Shown: positions 41,793 through 51,466, numbered from the stretch's first letter. The stretch: 64,000 bases of DNA from Prevotella sp. CAG:279 (GCA_963633085.1 CAVGWX010000001.1:425-64424); one strand, 5' to 3'. Numbers and translations are program-made. The notes: generated from the letters alone by a model not told the origin.

Positions 41793-42722
41793 TTATACGC
41801 GCACCGCTTCGGGATATGCCCACCGGTCGTCTTGCCGCACGATCATCACAAGCTCGCTCGGCACGCCGAGCTCTCTCACGGTGCGGGCAAGCACGCTGCA
41901 GAACGGGAGCTCCGACACGTCGTGTCCCAGATCGACGACGCTAAGCCCCGCCTGCGAAAGATCAAGCGCCTCGTGGTATTTCACCTCGCCGGCGATCAGG
42001 CAATCCGCACCGGCCGCCAGCGCCGCGCGCCCGGTTGTGGCGGCCGACCCCGTGCACGTGACGACGGTGCGCACCGCACGCGAGAAGTCGCCCCATACCC
42101 GAGGAGCGCGCCCGAAGACGCTCGTGCAGCGCGCGGAAAGCTGGTGAAGAGACATCGCGGGGCCCGGGATCGCGCACAGCTGGCCATACCCTTTGCTCGG
42201 TGCATGAGGCAGCGGCTCAACCACGCGGTCGAACGCAAGCCCGAGCAGGCCGGGCAGCAAGCGCTGGGCAGCCGGCGACACATCGAGAGCGGTATGGAAG
42301 TTCATGAGCGCCACCTCGCGCTCGATGGCTCGATACACCGCCGCCCCGGAGCAGAGGGCCGGCGAAGGCGCGGGCTTGAAGGAATCGGGCGGCGTCAGAA
42401 ACGCCGGATGATGCGTGAGCAGCACGTTCGCGCCGGCGCGCGCGGCGGCTTCGATGGCGTCGATGGTGGGGTCGAGCGCGATGGCCACCCCCGCGATCGG
42501 GCGGGCCGGATCGCCGACCAAAAGCCCCGTGCGGTCCCAGTCCTCGGCGTCTTCGGCGGGAAACTCCTTGAGAAGCGCCCGCTCCAAATCGCCGATGGTC
42601 GCCGAGAACGTCTGCTGGCGCAGCGCGCCGGCAAGCGCGCGCGAGAGCGCCTTTTCCTCAGCCGACCCCTCTTCGCCCGAGCCGTCGTCGGGCCCTTCGA
42701 TCTTGATGATTCTGAGCGTCAT
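41793..42722 (-). CDS. Nif3-like dinuclear metal centre protein (YbgI family)
   Basis: AEDWDRTGLLVG, LTHHP, HTALD, GEVKYH, GHDVSE. Confidence 0.92.
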   Translation of the reverse strand: MTLRIIKIEGPDDGSGEEGSAEEKALSRALAGALRQQTFSATIGDLERALLKEFPAEDAEDWDRTGLLVGDPARPIAGVAIALDPTIDAIEAAARAGANVLLTHHPAFLTPPDSFKPAPSPALCSGAAVYRAIEREVALMNFHTALDVSPAAQRLLPGLLGLAFDRVVEPLPHAPSKGYGQLCAIPGPAMSLHQLSARCTSVFGRAPRVWGDFSRAVRTVVTCTGSAATTGRAALAAGADCLIAGEVKYHEALDLSQAGLSVVDLGHDVSELPFCSVLARTVRELGVPSELVMIVRQDDRWAYPEAVRV

Positions 42723-42903
42723 AGCATCTCCCCTTTCGACATGCGCATCCTATGCGGTGCGCTCGCGTCCACGAGACCCTGTTTATGACTATCTTAACGG
42801 TTGCGGTTTCATCTCGCGGCCGTGCGTTTGAAAATGAGCCGGAAGAGAGCGGCTCGCTCGAGCCGGTTGCGTCCCCGAGTCGTCGGTAGCGCGTTTAAAG
42901 TTG

Positions 42904-43431
42904 GTGTCGCGGCGGCGCTCTCGAGAACGGGTTGAGCTGTCGCTCAACCCCACGAATTTTTAATGGAAGGGTTACCTCATCTGCCAAGACTTCGTGGGTG
43001 CGAGCGACAGCTCGCACATCAATAGGCCTGCGCCGAAGGCGCGTCAGACTTTTCATGATTCGAAGCGGTACACCGCTCGCGGGCTTTTAAATCATGTGTC
43101 GCGCTGACGCGCTCTCCAATAATGGTTGAGAAGCCCCTCAACCCCACGAATCTTCGAGAAAGCCAACCTCAACAGGTGATTTCGTGGGTGCGAGCGACAG
43201 CTCGCACATCAATAGGTCAGCGCCGAGAGGCGCGTCAGACTTTTCAATAAGCAGGGCAAACGCCATTCGCTCGCTCTTAGATTATGTGTCGCGCTGACGC
43301 GCTCTCCAGTAATGGTTGAGCTGTCGCTCAACCCCACGAAATCTTGCTGTTGGGATAACGAAGCAGCAAGTATTTCGTGGGTGCGAGACACTGTCTCGCA
43401 CCTTAATAGCCAGCGCCGAAGGCGCGTCAGA
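42904..43431. repeat. Tandem mosaic of three REP doublets (BIME/REPIN-like), period ~190 nt
   Basis: Units 42904-43054, 43096-43245 and 43286-43431, each hairpin-CCACGAA-(30-34 nt variable)-TTCGTGG-hairpin-..GCGCC-loop-GGCGCGTCA. Confidence 0.9.
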
Positions 43432-43473
43432 TTATTCCCCAACCGCAGGTAGCATCGAGTAGCAGTTCCCCCG

Positions 43474-43713
43474 TCAGTACAGCTCGACAACGTCTATCGC
43501 CGCGAAGGGCAGGCCCTTCGCGGCAAGCGATGCCTTCGCACCCTCGACATCGGCGTCGGGGGCGCACCAGGCCAGACCGCAGCCGGCGGAGATCTCGGAG
43601 GGCACGGGGATCATGCGCCCCGCGACGCTTCCCGCATCGGCTGCGGCCTGCACGGCCATCGCGTCGGCCGTGCTCGAAAACGTCACGACCGCATGAGGCG
43701 TCTTTTGTCGCAC
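43474..43713 (-). CDS. DUF3343-type putative Se/S carrier protein
   Basis: VVTFSSTADAM..RMIPVPSEISAGCGLAW; GTG start after AAGGAG. Confidence 0.8.
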   Translation of the reverse strand: MRQKTPHAVVTFSSTADAMAVQAAADAGSVAGRMIPVPSEISAGCGLAWCAPDADVEGAKASLAAKGLPFAAIDVVELY

Positions 43714-43723
43714 AGGCACTCCT

Positions 43724-44320
43724 TTACGGGCGCACGACGACGCGCGCCTCAAGCTGCTTCTGCGCGATGACGTACATGTTCGTGACCTCGCCCACGGCAA
43801 GCTTCTCGGTAAGCCCGTAGTGGTTCAGGCACGTGCCGCAGCTGAAGATCTCCACGCCGGCTTCGGCGAGCTTCTGCAGATCCTCGAGCACGGGGCTCCC
43901 CTCGACTGTCAGCTTCACGCCGCCGTTGTACGCGAGAATGACCTGCGGAAGCTCATCCTGCTGCGTGAGCGCGAAGGTGAACGCCTTCATGAGCGTAGCG
44001 CCGAGCGCGTTGTCGCCCGCACCCATGAACTCGCTCGACAGCACGACGACCTTATCGCCCGCCGGCACCAGCTCGCCGCAGCCGGCCTCGGCAGGCGCGG
44101 CGGCGTCGGTCTTGGTGAACACGACGGCGAATTCCGCCTCGCCGCGCTCATCGCTTGCCGTGGCAAGCTTCAGCGACTTGCCGAGGTTCTCCAGGTTGTG
44201 CATGGCCGTCTTGTTGTCCACGACGACCTCAAGCTCGCCTGCGCCCATCGCGCTGAGCGCCTTTTTCGCGTTGACCACCGGAAGCGGGCACGCCATACCT
44301 TTGCAATCGAGCTTTTCCAT
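43724..44320 (-). CDS. yedF: Sulfurtransferase-like selenium metabolism protein YedF (TusA + DsrE domains)
   Basis: LDCKGMACPLPVV, YNGGV, SCGTCLNHY, GEVTNMY. Confidence 0.9.
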   Translation of the reverse strand: MEKLDCKGMACPLPVVNAKKALSAMGAGELEVVVDNKTAMHNLENLGKSLKLATASDERGEAEFAVVFTKTDAAAPAEAGCGELVPAGDKVVVLSSEFMGAGDNALGATLMKAFTFALTQQDELPQVILAYNGGVKLTVEGSPVLEDLQKLAEAGVEIFSCGTCLNHYGLTEKLAVGEVTNMYVIAQKQLEARVVVRP

Positions 44321-44433
44321 GATACCCATCCTTTCATCAAGCTTGAACAAGCTGTCTTTCGAACGCGATCAACACTGAACTGACCACGTGTTACACCGTT
44401 TTACACCGAACACGTAAACCAACCGCACCGCTC

Positions 44434-45681
44434 CTACAGCATCTCGATGAACGCCGCGAGGCGCGTTTCCACCTGACCGGCGTCGTTGGTCGAATAATCG
44501 GTCTCGAGCTTCAGATAGGGCACGCCGCGCTCCTCGCAGGCGGCCTGCACCTTCACCGCCTCGATGTTGAACGTGTGGCAGGCCTGCAGCACCACTTCCA
44601 CGACGCCGTCGACCTTGTACTTGTCCACCATCTCCATCATATGCTCGATGCGCCCGGCGTTCGGCGACATGACCGAGCAGTTGATCTTCAGGTAGCGGTC
44701 GGAGATGGCGCGCAGGATGTCGGGCGCGTCGGGGTCCACGAGCATCGACTGCGTGCGCTCGCCCGAGCAGTCGTCAAGCGCCACGATGACGCCGCCGGCG
44801 CGCTCGACGGTCATGCCGACCTTCTGGATGACGCCGCCGCTGGGGCAACCGGTCAGCATGATGCGCTTCGCGCCGGCCGGAACCGGGCGCTCCCCCGCCT
44901 CATAGGCGCTGCGGCGCGCGGCCGCCAGACCCTCGAGCGTTTCAGCGTACTGGTCGACATCGAAGCTGAAGGTTGCCTTGAGCAGCGTCGCCATCAGCTC
45001 CACGCCGCTCATCGCCGGCGGCTCGAGCGCCTGCAGCGAATACAGGTCGCACATGGCGCGCCGGATGCGGTTGCGCTTGCGCACCGCCTCGCGCAGCGCC
45101 TCGTCGGTGATGGCGACGCAAAAGCGGCTTTCCAGCTCCTCCTTCAAGAGCTTCGCCTCTTCGTACCAGATATCGGCCGAATAGCTGCGCGTCTGGCTCT
45201 GCGGCAGCTGCATCACGTGCACCGGCTTGATGTCGGCGAGCAGCTCGTACATCTTCTTCTTGCCATCGCAGGTTGTCTCTCCGAGCACCAGGTCGCTGAA
45301 GTAGGTGAAGGGGCACTTGTTCGTCAGCGCGAAGCCGTAGGTGCCCTTGATGAGCGGGCAGAGGTTCTTCGGCAGCACCGTTTCCGCATCGGGGATGGTC
45401 TCGTTGTTCATGCCGCACAGCCCCACCGCGGCGACGCCGGCCGCATCGAGCAGCTCAAGCGGGCTGTACGAGCACAGATACCCCGCAAGGCGCCCGCCGT
45501 TTTGCTTGTAGTTCATGGCCGCGATGAAGCTTGCGCGGCGCGCCTCGTCGAAGCTTTCGTAAATGGAAGGCAGGTCGGTGGGGACGGCCGGTTCCGCACT
45601 TTGAGGGTTTGCGGAAACAGCGGAGTCGGCCGCTTCGGCCTCCCCAGCATTTGTTCGATCATCAATCGCGGCATCGGTCAT
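44434..45681 (-). CDS. 2-hydroxyacyl-CoA dehydratase-family protein, double-cubane cluster (YjiM/DCCP) type
   Basis: YLCSY, GLCG, NLCPLIK, KCPFTY, GETTCDGKKKMYE, TGCP, DDCSG, NCS, ACHT, ETDYS; start uncertain. Confidence 0.85.
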   Translation of the reverse strand: MTDAAIDDRTNAGEAEAADSAVSANPQSAEPAVPTDLPSIYESFDEARRASFIAAMNYKQNGGRLAGYLCSYSPLELLDAAGVAAVGLCGMNNETIPDAETVLPKNLCPLIKGTYGFALTNKCPFTYFSDLVLGETTCDGKKKMYELLADIKPVHVMQLPQSQTRSYSADIWYEEAKLLKEELESRFCVAITDEALREAVRKRNRIRRAMCDLYSLQALEPPAMSGVELMATLLKATFSFDVDQYAETLEGLAAARRSAYEAGERPVPAGAKRIMLTGCPSGGVIQKVGMTVERAGGVIVALDDCSGERTQSMLVDPDAPDILRAISDRYLKINCSVMSPNAGRIEHMMEMVDKYKVDGVVEVVLQACHTFNIEAVKVQAACEERGVPYLKLETDYSTNDAGQVETRLAAFIEML

Positions 45682-45946
45682 GGCCACGCACATCCTTTCC
45701 CGTCTGGCATTGATCGCAGAAAGAGGCACCGCGCAAGCGAAGCGCCAGCGGGCCGAAGAGAAGGGCGGCAGAGGCAGAAATGCGCGCCTTTTGCATCGAG
45801 TATAGCCTTCCTTACACCGACGGTCGGCGGCAATCGGCGAAGATGCGCGAAAGGTTCGCTATACTGCAGGGTTGAACATCAATCAAGACAAATCGAACAG
45901 CCGAGCCGGCGAAAAGCCCTCGGAAGCACACGCGAAAAGAGACACC

Positions 45947-47431
45947 ATGTCAAAAGCCCCCAACACCCAAGCGCTGCGGCAGCTTCCCCAGGTGGAAGAG
46001 CTGATGCACGCACCGCAGATCCAGGCGCTCGATGCGCTTGTCCCCCGCGGGGTGCTCGTCGAATGCGCACGTCAGAGCATCGATGCGGCCCGTCAGCGCA
46101 TTTTGACGGGAGCCGACGAAAGCCCCGATGCGACGGCCATCGCCGACGCCGCCTGCACGCGCGCGCTGGCGAACCTGCGCCCGAGCCTGCGGCGCGTGAT
46201 CAACGCGACCGGCGTGGTGCTGCACACCAATCTGGGGCGCAGCGCGCTTGCCGAGGAGGCGGTCGCGGCGGTCGCCGAGGCGGCGCGGGGCTATTCCACG
46301 CTGGAATACAGCACCGAGGCCATGGCGCGCGGCAGCCGGCACAACCACGTGGAGCACCTGATCTGCAGCCTGACCGGCGCCGAGGCGGCCATCGCCGTGA
46401 ACAACAACGCGGCCGCCGTCATGATGGTGCTTTCCGAGTTCGCACGCGGGCACGAGGCCATCGTCAGCCGCGGCGAACTGGTGGAAATCGGTGGAAGCTT
46501 CCGCGTGCCCGACATCATGGCCCAGTCCAACGCGGCCATGGTGGAAGTCGGCACCACGAACAAGACGCACGCCGTCGACTACGAGCGGGCGATCACCGAC
46601 GACACCGCGATGCTGCTCAAGGTGCACCCGTCGAACTACCGCCTGGTCGGCTTCACCGAAAGCGTGAGCAAAAGCGACCTGCGGCGCATCGCCGACGCCG
46701 AGAACGCTCGCCGCGAAAAGCGGGCGGCCGGCTCCGAAGGCGACACCGCGCCCGCACCCGTGCTCGTCTACGAGGATCAGGGGTCGGGCGCCTTCATGCG
46801 CCTTGAGGTCTTCGGCGAATACGCCGAGCCGACGGTGCGCGAATCGCTCGAGGCGGGCTGCGACCTCGTGTCGTTTTCCGGCGACAAGCTGCTCGGCGGC
46901 CCGCAGGCCGGCATCGTCGTCGGGCGGCGCGAGTTCATCGACCGCCTGAAGAAAAACCCGCTCGCCCGCGCGATGCGCCTGGACAAGATGACGCTCGCCG
47001 CCCTTGAGGCCACGCTGCGCATCTACCTGAACCCCGACGAGGCGCTCCAGAAGATCCCGACGCTGCGCATGCTCACCGCGCCCGCCGATTCGGTGCAGGC
47101 GCGCGCGACGGCGCTTTCGCACGCGCTGCGCAAGAACGTGACGGCCCGCCAGGCGCATCTCGAGGTGATCGAGGAAACGGGGCGCGCAGGCGGCGGGTCG
47201 CTTCCCATGTGCGACATCGACACCTATTGCGTGCGCATCGAGTTCAAATGCGGCTGCGCGCAGGACTGCGAGCGCTTCCTGCAGCAGAAACGCCGCATCC
47301 CCGTCATCGGGCGCATCAAGAAGGAAGCGGTCTTGCTGGACGCGCGCACCATCGAGGAGCGCGACATCCCCGAGATCGCCGAAGCGATCGGCGCTTATTT
47401 CGCAGAAGCTGCCGCGAGCAAGGAGGCCTAA
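45947..47431 (+). CDS. selA: L-seryl-tRNA(Sec) selenium transferase
   Basis: INATGVVLHTNLGRS, VNNNAAA, EIGGSFR, FSGDKLLGGPQAG. Confidence 0.97.
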   Translation: MSKAPNTQALRQLPQVEELMHAPQIQALDALVPRGVLVECARQSIDAARQRILTGADESPDATAIADAACTRALANLRPSLRRVINATGVVLHTNLGRSALAEEAVAAVAEAARGYSTLEYSTEAMARGSRHNHVEHLICSLTGAEAAIAVNNNAAAVMMVLSEFARGHEAIVSRGELVEIGGSFRVPDIMAQSNAAMVEVGTTNKTHAVDYERAITDDTAMLLKVHPSNYRLVGFTESVSKSDLRRIADAENARREKRAAGSEGDTAPAPVLVYEDQGSGAFMRLEVFGEYAEPTVRESLEAGCDLVSFSGDKLLGGPQAGIVVGRREFIDRLKKNPLARAMRLDKMTLAALEATLRIYLNPDEALQKIPTLRMLTAPADSVQARATALSHALRKNVTARQAHLEVIEETGRAGGGSLPMCDIDTYCVRIEFKCGCAQDCERFLQQKRRIPVIGRIKKEAVLLDARTIEERDIPEIAEAIGAYFAEAAASKEA

Positions 47432-47432
47432 C

Positions 47433-49406
47433 ATGGAACAGGGCGAAGAGCTGATCGAAAGCGATCTCATCCTCGGAACCGCCGGGCACATCGACCACGG
47501 CAAGTCGTCGCTGGTCTTGGCGCTCACCGGCACCGACCCCGACCGCCTTGCGGCCGAAAAGCAGCGCGGCATCACCATCGAGCTGGGGTTCGCCCAGCTG
47601 GAACTGCCCGGCGGCGAGAAGATGGGCGTCGTCGACGTGCCCGGGCACGAACGCTTCGTGCGCCAGATGATCGCGGGTTCCACCGGCATCGACGTCGCGC
47701 TTCTGTGCATCGCCGCCGACGACGGCGTGATGCCGCAGACCGAGGAGCATCTCGCGGTGCTAACGCTTCTGGGCATACCCACCTGCGTCGTCGCGCTCAC
47801 GAAGGCCGACCTGGTCGACGAGGAGTGGTGCGCGTTCGTGACCGAAGAGGTGCGAGGCCGCCTTTCGGGCACGCCGTACGCCGACGCCGAGATCATCCCC
47901 TGCTCGAGCAAGACCGGCCAGGGGCTCGACGAGCTTCGAGCGGCCATCGAACGGGCCGCGCGGTCGACGCGAACGCGCACGGCGAGCAGCATCTTCCGCC
48001 TTCCCGTCGACCGCTCGTTCATCATCAAGGGCGCCGGCACCGTCACCACGGGCACGCTGTGGAGCGGGCAGGTTCGCGTGGGCGATGAGGTGGAGATACT
48101 GCCCGCCGGCGCCATTGCGCGCGTGCGCTCCATCCAGGTGCATGGGCAGCCGGTCGAAGCAGCCGGGGCGGGTCACCGCACGGCGCTCAACCTCAACGGC
48201 GTCACCACCGACGAGGTGCGCCCGGGAGACATGCTCGCCACGCCCGGGTCGCTGCGCCCGAGCGACCACTTCGACGTCGACATCACCTACCTGGGGATCC
48301 CCGGCAGCGACAAGGCGCTCGAAAGCGGCGCGCGCGTGCACGTGGCGCACGGCACGCGGGAGGTTGTCGGGCGCGTGCTGCTCATGGACGGCGAAAAGCT
48401 GGCCCCCGGCGCCAAGGCGCTCGCGCAGATCCGCACCGAAGAGGATTTGGCGGTGGCGCGCGGGGACCGTTTCATCATCCGCTCCTACTCCCCCGTGCAC
48501 GTGATCGGGGGCGGCGAGATCCTGCGGGCCCACCCCCGCCGCTCGACAAACCTGACGCAAAGCGAGCAAACCCTTATCAGCGCGCTGCGGAAAGGAGATG
48601 CCGCAGCGGCCGCGGCGGCCGTGCTCGACGGGTCCGACTACCCCCTGACCGCCGACGACATCGCGCGAGCGGCCGACCTCGACGCGGAAGCGGCGCGCGC
48701 GGCGCTCGAGGAGCTTTCCGCCGCTCAAAAGGCCGTGAAGGTTTCCCCGAGCGTCCAAGGCGCCGGCAGACAGGCCGAAGGCGAAAGCGACGGAACCTCC
48801 CTGTTCGCCACCAAGCGCATGCTGCAGAAAATGGATGCCGCGCTGGAAAACGCGCTCTTGAAGTTCCATGCCGAAAACCCCGCCGCCACCGGCATCTCGA
48901 AGGAATCGCTGCGCAGCTCGCTTGCGCCCGCATGCGCGCCGGCCGCCTTCGACGCGCTCATCGCCCATGCCGCCCAGGCGCAGCGCATCGTTCGGGACGG
49001 CGGCGAGATCAGCCATCCCGAGGCGGGCGCGGGGGCGCGCAAGCTGGAGGAGCAGACCGCGCAGCGCCTGCTAGACCTGCTCGAGCAGGCAGGCCCCACC
49101 CCGCCTGCGACGAAGGACCTGCTCGCAAAGGCCGAAGTCACGCCGCAGGCGGGATACAAGGCGCTTGGGTCGCTTGAGCGCGCAGGCGCGGCGGTGAAGA
49201 TCAGCGACGAGTTCTATTTCGCCGCATCGGCGCTTGATACGCTGAAGGCCCGCCTTCGCGAAAAGCTTTCCTCCGGACCGGCTTCGGCTGCCGACCTGAA
49301 AGACGCCATGGAAACGACGCGCAAGTACGCGATCCCGCTGCTCGAGCACTTCGACGCCATTGGCCTGACCAGACGCACCGGTGACACGCGAGAGCTTGTC
49401 GAATAA
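47433..49406 (+). CDS. selB: Selenocysteine-specific elongation factor
   Basis: GTAGHIDHGKS, RGITIELGF, DVPGHERF, C-terminal TRKYAIPLLEHFD. Confidence 0.97.
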   Translation: MEQGEELIESDLILGTAGHIDHGKSSLVLALTGTDPDRLAAEKQRGITIELGFAQLELPGGEKMGVVDVPGHERFVRQMIAGSTGIDVALLCIAADDGVMPQTEEHLAVLTLLGIPTCVVALTKADLVDEEWCAFVTEEVRGRLSGTPYADAEIIPCSSKTGQGLDELRAAIERAARSTRTRTASSIFRLPVDRSFIIKGAGTVTTGTLWSGQVRVGDEVEILPAGAIARVRSIQVHGQPVEAAGAGHRTALNLNGVTTDEVRPGDMLATPGSLRPSDHFDVDITYLGIPGSDKALESGARVHVAHGTREVVGRVLLMDGEKLAPGAKALAQIRTEEDLAVARGDRFIIRSYSPVHVIGGGEILRAHPRRSTNLTQSEQTLISALRKGDAAAAAAAVLDGSDYPLTADDIARAADLDAEAARAALEELSAAQKAVKVSPSVQGAGRQAEGESDGTSLFATKRMLQKMDAALENALLKFHAENPAATGISKESLRSSLAPACAPAAFDALIAHAAQAQRIVRDGGEISHPEAGAGARKLEEQTAQRLLDLLEQAGPTPPATKDLLAKAEVTPQAGYKALGSLERAGAAVKISDEFYFAASALDTLKARLREKLSSGPASAADLKDAMETTRKYAIPLLEHFDAIGLTRRTGDTRELVE

Positions 49407-49471
49407 CCGGTTTCCGAAATCAGGGCAGCAGCATTGCGCTACAATGAATTGCTGCTTTGAAGCAAGCATAT

Positions 49472-49568
49472 GGAGATGGATGGGTCCTGGTGGGCCCCGC
49501 GGCCTTCAAAGCCGTTGTGAGGCGCGCAGAACGTCTCGGGTGTGTTCGATTCGCACGCATCTCCGCCA
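49472..49568 (+). tRNA. selC: tRNA-Sec (UCA)
   Basis: GGAGAUG/CAUCUCC-G-CCA; 6-bp D stem with UGGU loop; anticodon loop CUUCAAA; long variable arm; UUCGAUU T loop; directly after selB. Confidence 0.95.
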
Positions 49569-49577
49569 ACTAACAGC

Positions 49578-49603
49578 AAAGCCCCTCGATCGAGGGGCTT
49601 TTT
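49578..49603 (+). terminator. Terminator after selC
   Basis: AAAGCCCCTCG-AT-CGAGGGGCTTTTT. Confidence 0.85.
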
Positions 49604-49636
49604 AGTTGGGCGTTTTCACTTGCTGAAGGGAAATTG

Positions 49637-49780
49637 GTGAGCGCCTTGCGGCGCACTAGGACGGGCCGAGCTTTCGCTCGACCCTACGAATTTTCGAGAA
49701 AAGCAACCCCATCAGGTGTTTTCGTGGGTGCGAGCGAAAGCTCGCATATCAATAGCCAGCGCCAAAGGCGCGTCAGACTT
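49637..49780. repeat. REP-like doublet
   Basis: Same arms as the 42.9-kb array; central linker resembles 43151-43180. Confidence 0.85.
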
Positions 49781-49789
49781 TTTAACGCA

Positions 49790-51007
49790 TCAGTTCCCTA
49801 TCGTTCCCGAGATGCCGCCGGTGATCCCGAAAAGGACGATCGCGACGGCAGCGAAGATAAAGGCGAGCAGCAGCCGTTTCGCGAAGCCGCATGCCGCAAA
49901 GCGCGGAAGGGCGCTTCGCAGCGGGCGCGGGTCGCACAGCGCAAGCGCGGGGGCGGACAAGAGCACCCAGATCGCCAGATATTGGACAGCGCGCGCAGCG
50001 AAAGGCGTGTTCGCCGCCTCCCCTGCCGGGAAGAGGCATCCCACCAGGCACATCAGCAGCAACACCAAGCTTGCCCCGGCAAGAAGGACGTCCCACACCA
50101 CTCCCGCTCGCAAAAGCGAAGCCGTATGCGCCTTGCCGCCCTCAGGCGCGCCGGGCGAAGCGCCCCGCTCCTTCTGCGGCGATTCGACGAGCTTGCAGGC
50201 GATGCACGCTTGCCCGAAGGCGCGCTTCAGCTCGGCGACCGTCTGATAGCGCGACGCAGGATCGAAGGCCGTCGCCTTGAGCACCACCGAACGCATCGCC
50301 TGCGCGATATTATGCTCGCGCATAACCTGATCCAAAGCCGATGGCTCGGGAATCTTCCCCACCAAAAGATAGAGCAGGAGCATGCCGAGCCCGTACACGT
50401 CGCTGCGCACATCGGTCTGCCCGAAGCCGAACTGCTCGGGCGGCGCGAAGCCGCGCGTGCCGAACTTCGCGGTGTCGGCGGCGGCGTCGCTATCAAACGA
50501 ACGGGCTATGCCCAGATCGATGAGCACGACCGTCTCTCCCGAGCATATGAGGTTGCTCGGCTTGATGTCGCGGTGGATGATCGCCGGTGTGAAGCGCTCG
50601 TGCAGCTCCCTGACCGCGTCGCAAGCGCCCGGGAACAGGTCGCGGGCAACTTCGGCGGCAGCCCCGCGCGCGTACACCACGTCGGCAAGGGTTTTCCCCG
50701 CGATGAATTCCATGATGACGACGCAGTCCTCGCCCGCCTCGTAGCAATCGAAGATGCGGGGCAGATGCGCGAAACGCGCGCCTTCCCGCTGCGCATCGAA
50801 GATGCGCTTCCAGGCCGCGCCGATGCCGTCGGTTCGACGAAACGTTTTGCGCACGAACGGCCCGAGCTCCCCACCGCTTACGCCCACGAAAAAGACGCGC
50901 TCGGTGCGCTCGAGCTCGCTGGTTTTCAGCACCGCGTCCACGCGATAGCTGTCCTCGCGAGCAAGGGATTGAAGGGTGTGCTCAAGTTCGTCGATCATGG
51001 CTTTCAT
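49790..51007 (-). CDS. Hanks-type Ser/Thr protein kinase with C-terminal transmembrane segments
   Basis: HRDIKPSN, IDLGIAR, GTRGFAPPEQFG, SDVYGLG; about 3 hydrophobic helices at the C-terminus. Confidence 0.9.
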   Translation of the reverse strand: MKAMIDELEHTLQSLAREDSYRVDAVLKTSELERTERVFFVGVSGGELGPFVRKTFRRTDGIGAAWKRIFDAQREGARFAHLPRIFDCYEAGEDCVVIMEFIAGKTLADVVYARGAAAEVARDLFPGACDAVRELHERFTPAIIHRDIKPSNLICSGETVVLIDLGIARSFDSDAAADTAKFGTRGFAPPEQFGFGQTDVRSDVYGLGMLLLYLLVGKIPEPSALDQVMREHNIAQAMRSVVLKATAFDPASRYQTVAELKRAFGQACIACKLVESPQKERGASPGAPEGGKAHTASLLRAGVVWDVLLAGASLVLLLMCLVGCLFPAGEAANTPFAARAVQYLAIWVLLSAPALALCDPRPLRSALPRFAACGFAKRLLLAFIFAAVAIVLFGITGGISGTIGN

Positions 51008-51049
51008 AGTAACAGAGCGCGCCGCGGCGCGAATGCGCGCAAAGCGCGG

Positions 51050-51466
51050 CTAGCAGATGGTTTCCTCGCCGAAGCGGAACAGCTCCTCTTCCGTTTTGCG
51101 CAGATCGCAGCCGTGCGCAAGGCAGAAGATGATGATGGCGTCGCGCCTGTTCTTGCAGTACAGCTCGTTGTGGCCGGCCGCCTTCAGCACCCGATTCGCC
51201 TCGCGCAACGAACACGACAGCGCGAAGGCAAGCTGCAGGACCTTGTTGCGCGATGCGCCGCGCTGGCCCTTGAATATCTGGTATCCGAACGTGGCATCCA
51301 GCCCCGCTTCGCGCACCACCTCGGAACGCTTGAGGCCCTTCTCGTCCGCCAGCTGCGTCAGGTAGCTGGCAAGGTCGCGATTCGCAAAAGCTCCATCGAC
51401 GAACGCCTCCGGCGCCGGCGCATCAAGCAATTCGTCAAGCAACTCCTCGGTCAAAGGCTCTTCCAC
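51050..51466 (-). CDS. XRE/Cro-like HTH protein
   Basis: LKRSEVVREAGLDATFGYQIFKGQRGASRNKVLQLAFAL..LYCKNRRD; GTG start inferred. Confidence 0.75.
   Translation of the reverse strand: MEEPLTEELLDELLDAPAPEAFVDGAFANRDLASYLTQLADEKGLKRSEVVREAGLDATFGYQIFKGQRGASRNKVLQLAFALSCSLREANRVLKAAGHNELYCKNRRDAIIIFCLAHGCDLRKTEEELFRFGEETIC

Noticed and set aside
42904..43431. CRISPR array
   Set aside because: The conserved segments are 50-60-nt inverted arms, not identical 25-45-nt direct repeats. Inserts recur in dispersed copies and no cas genes are present.
43440..43480. Selenocysteine readthrough of TGA stops (DUF3343, TetR, trxB)
   Set aside because: Each protein is already full length at the TGA and its catalytic positions are Cys. 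Readthrough would enter REP DNA or meet another stop quickly.
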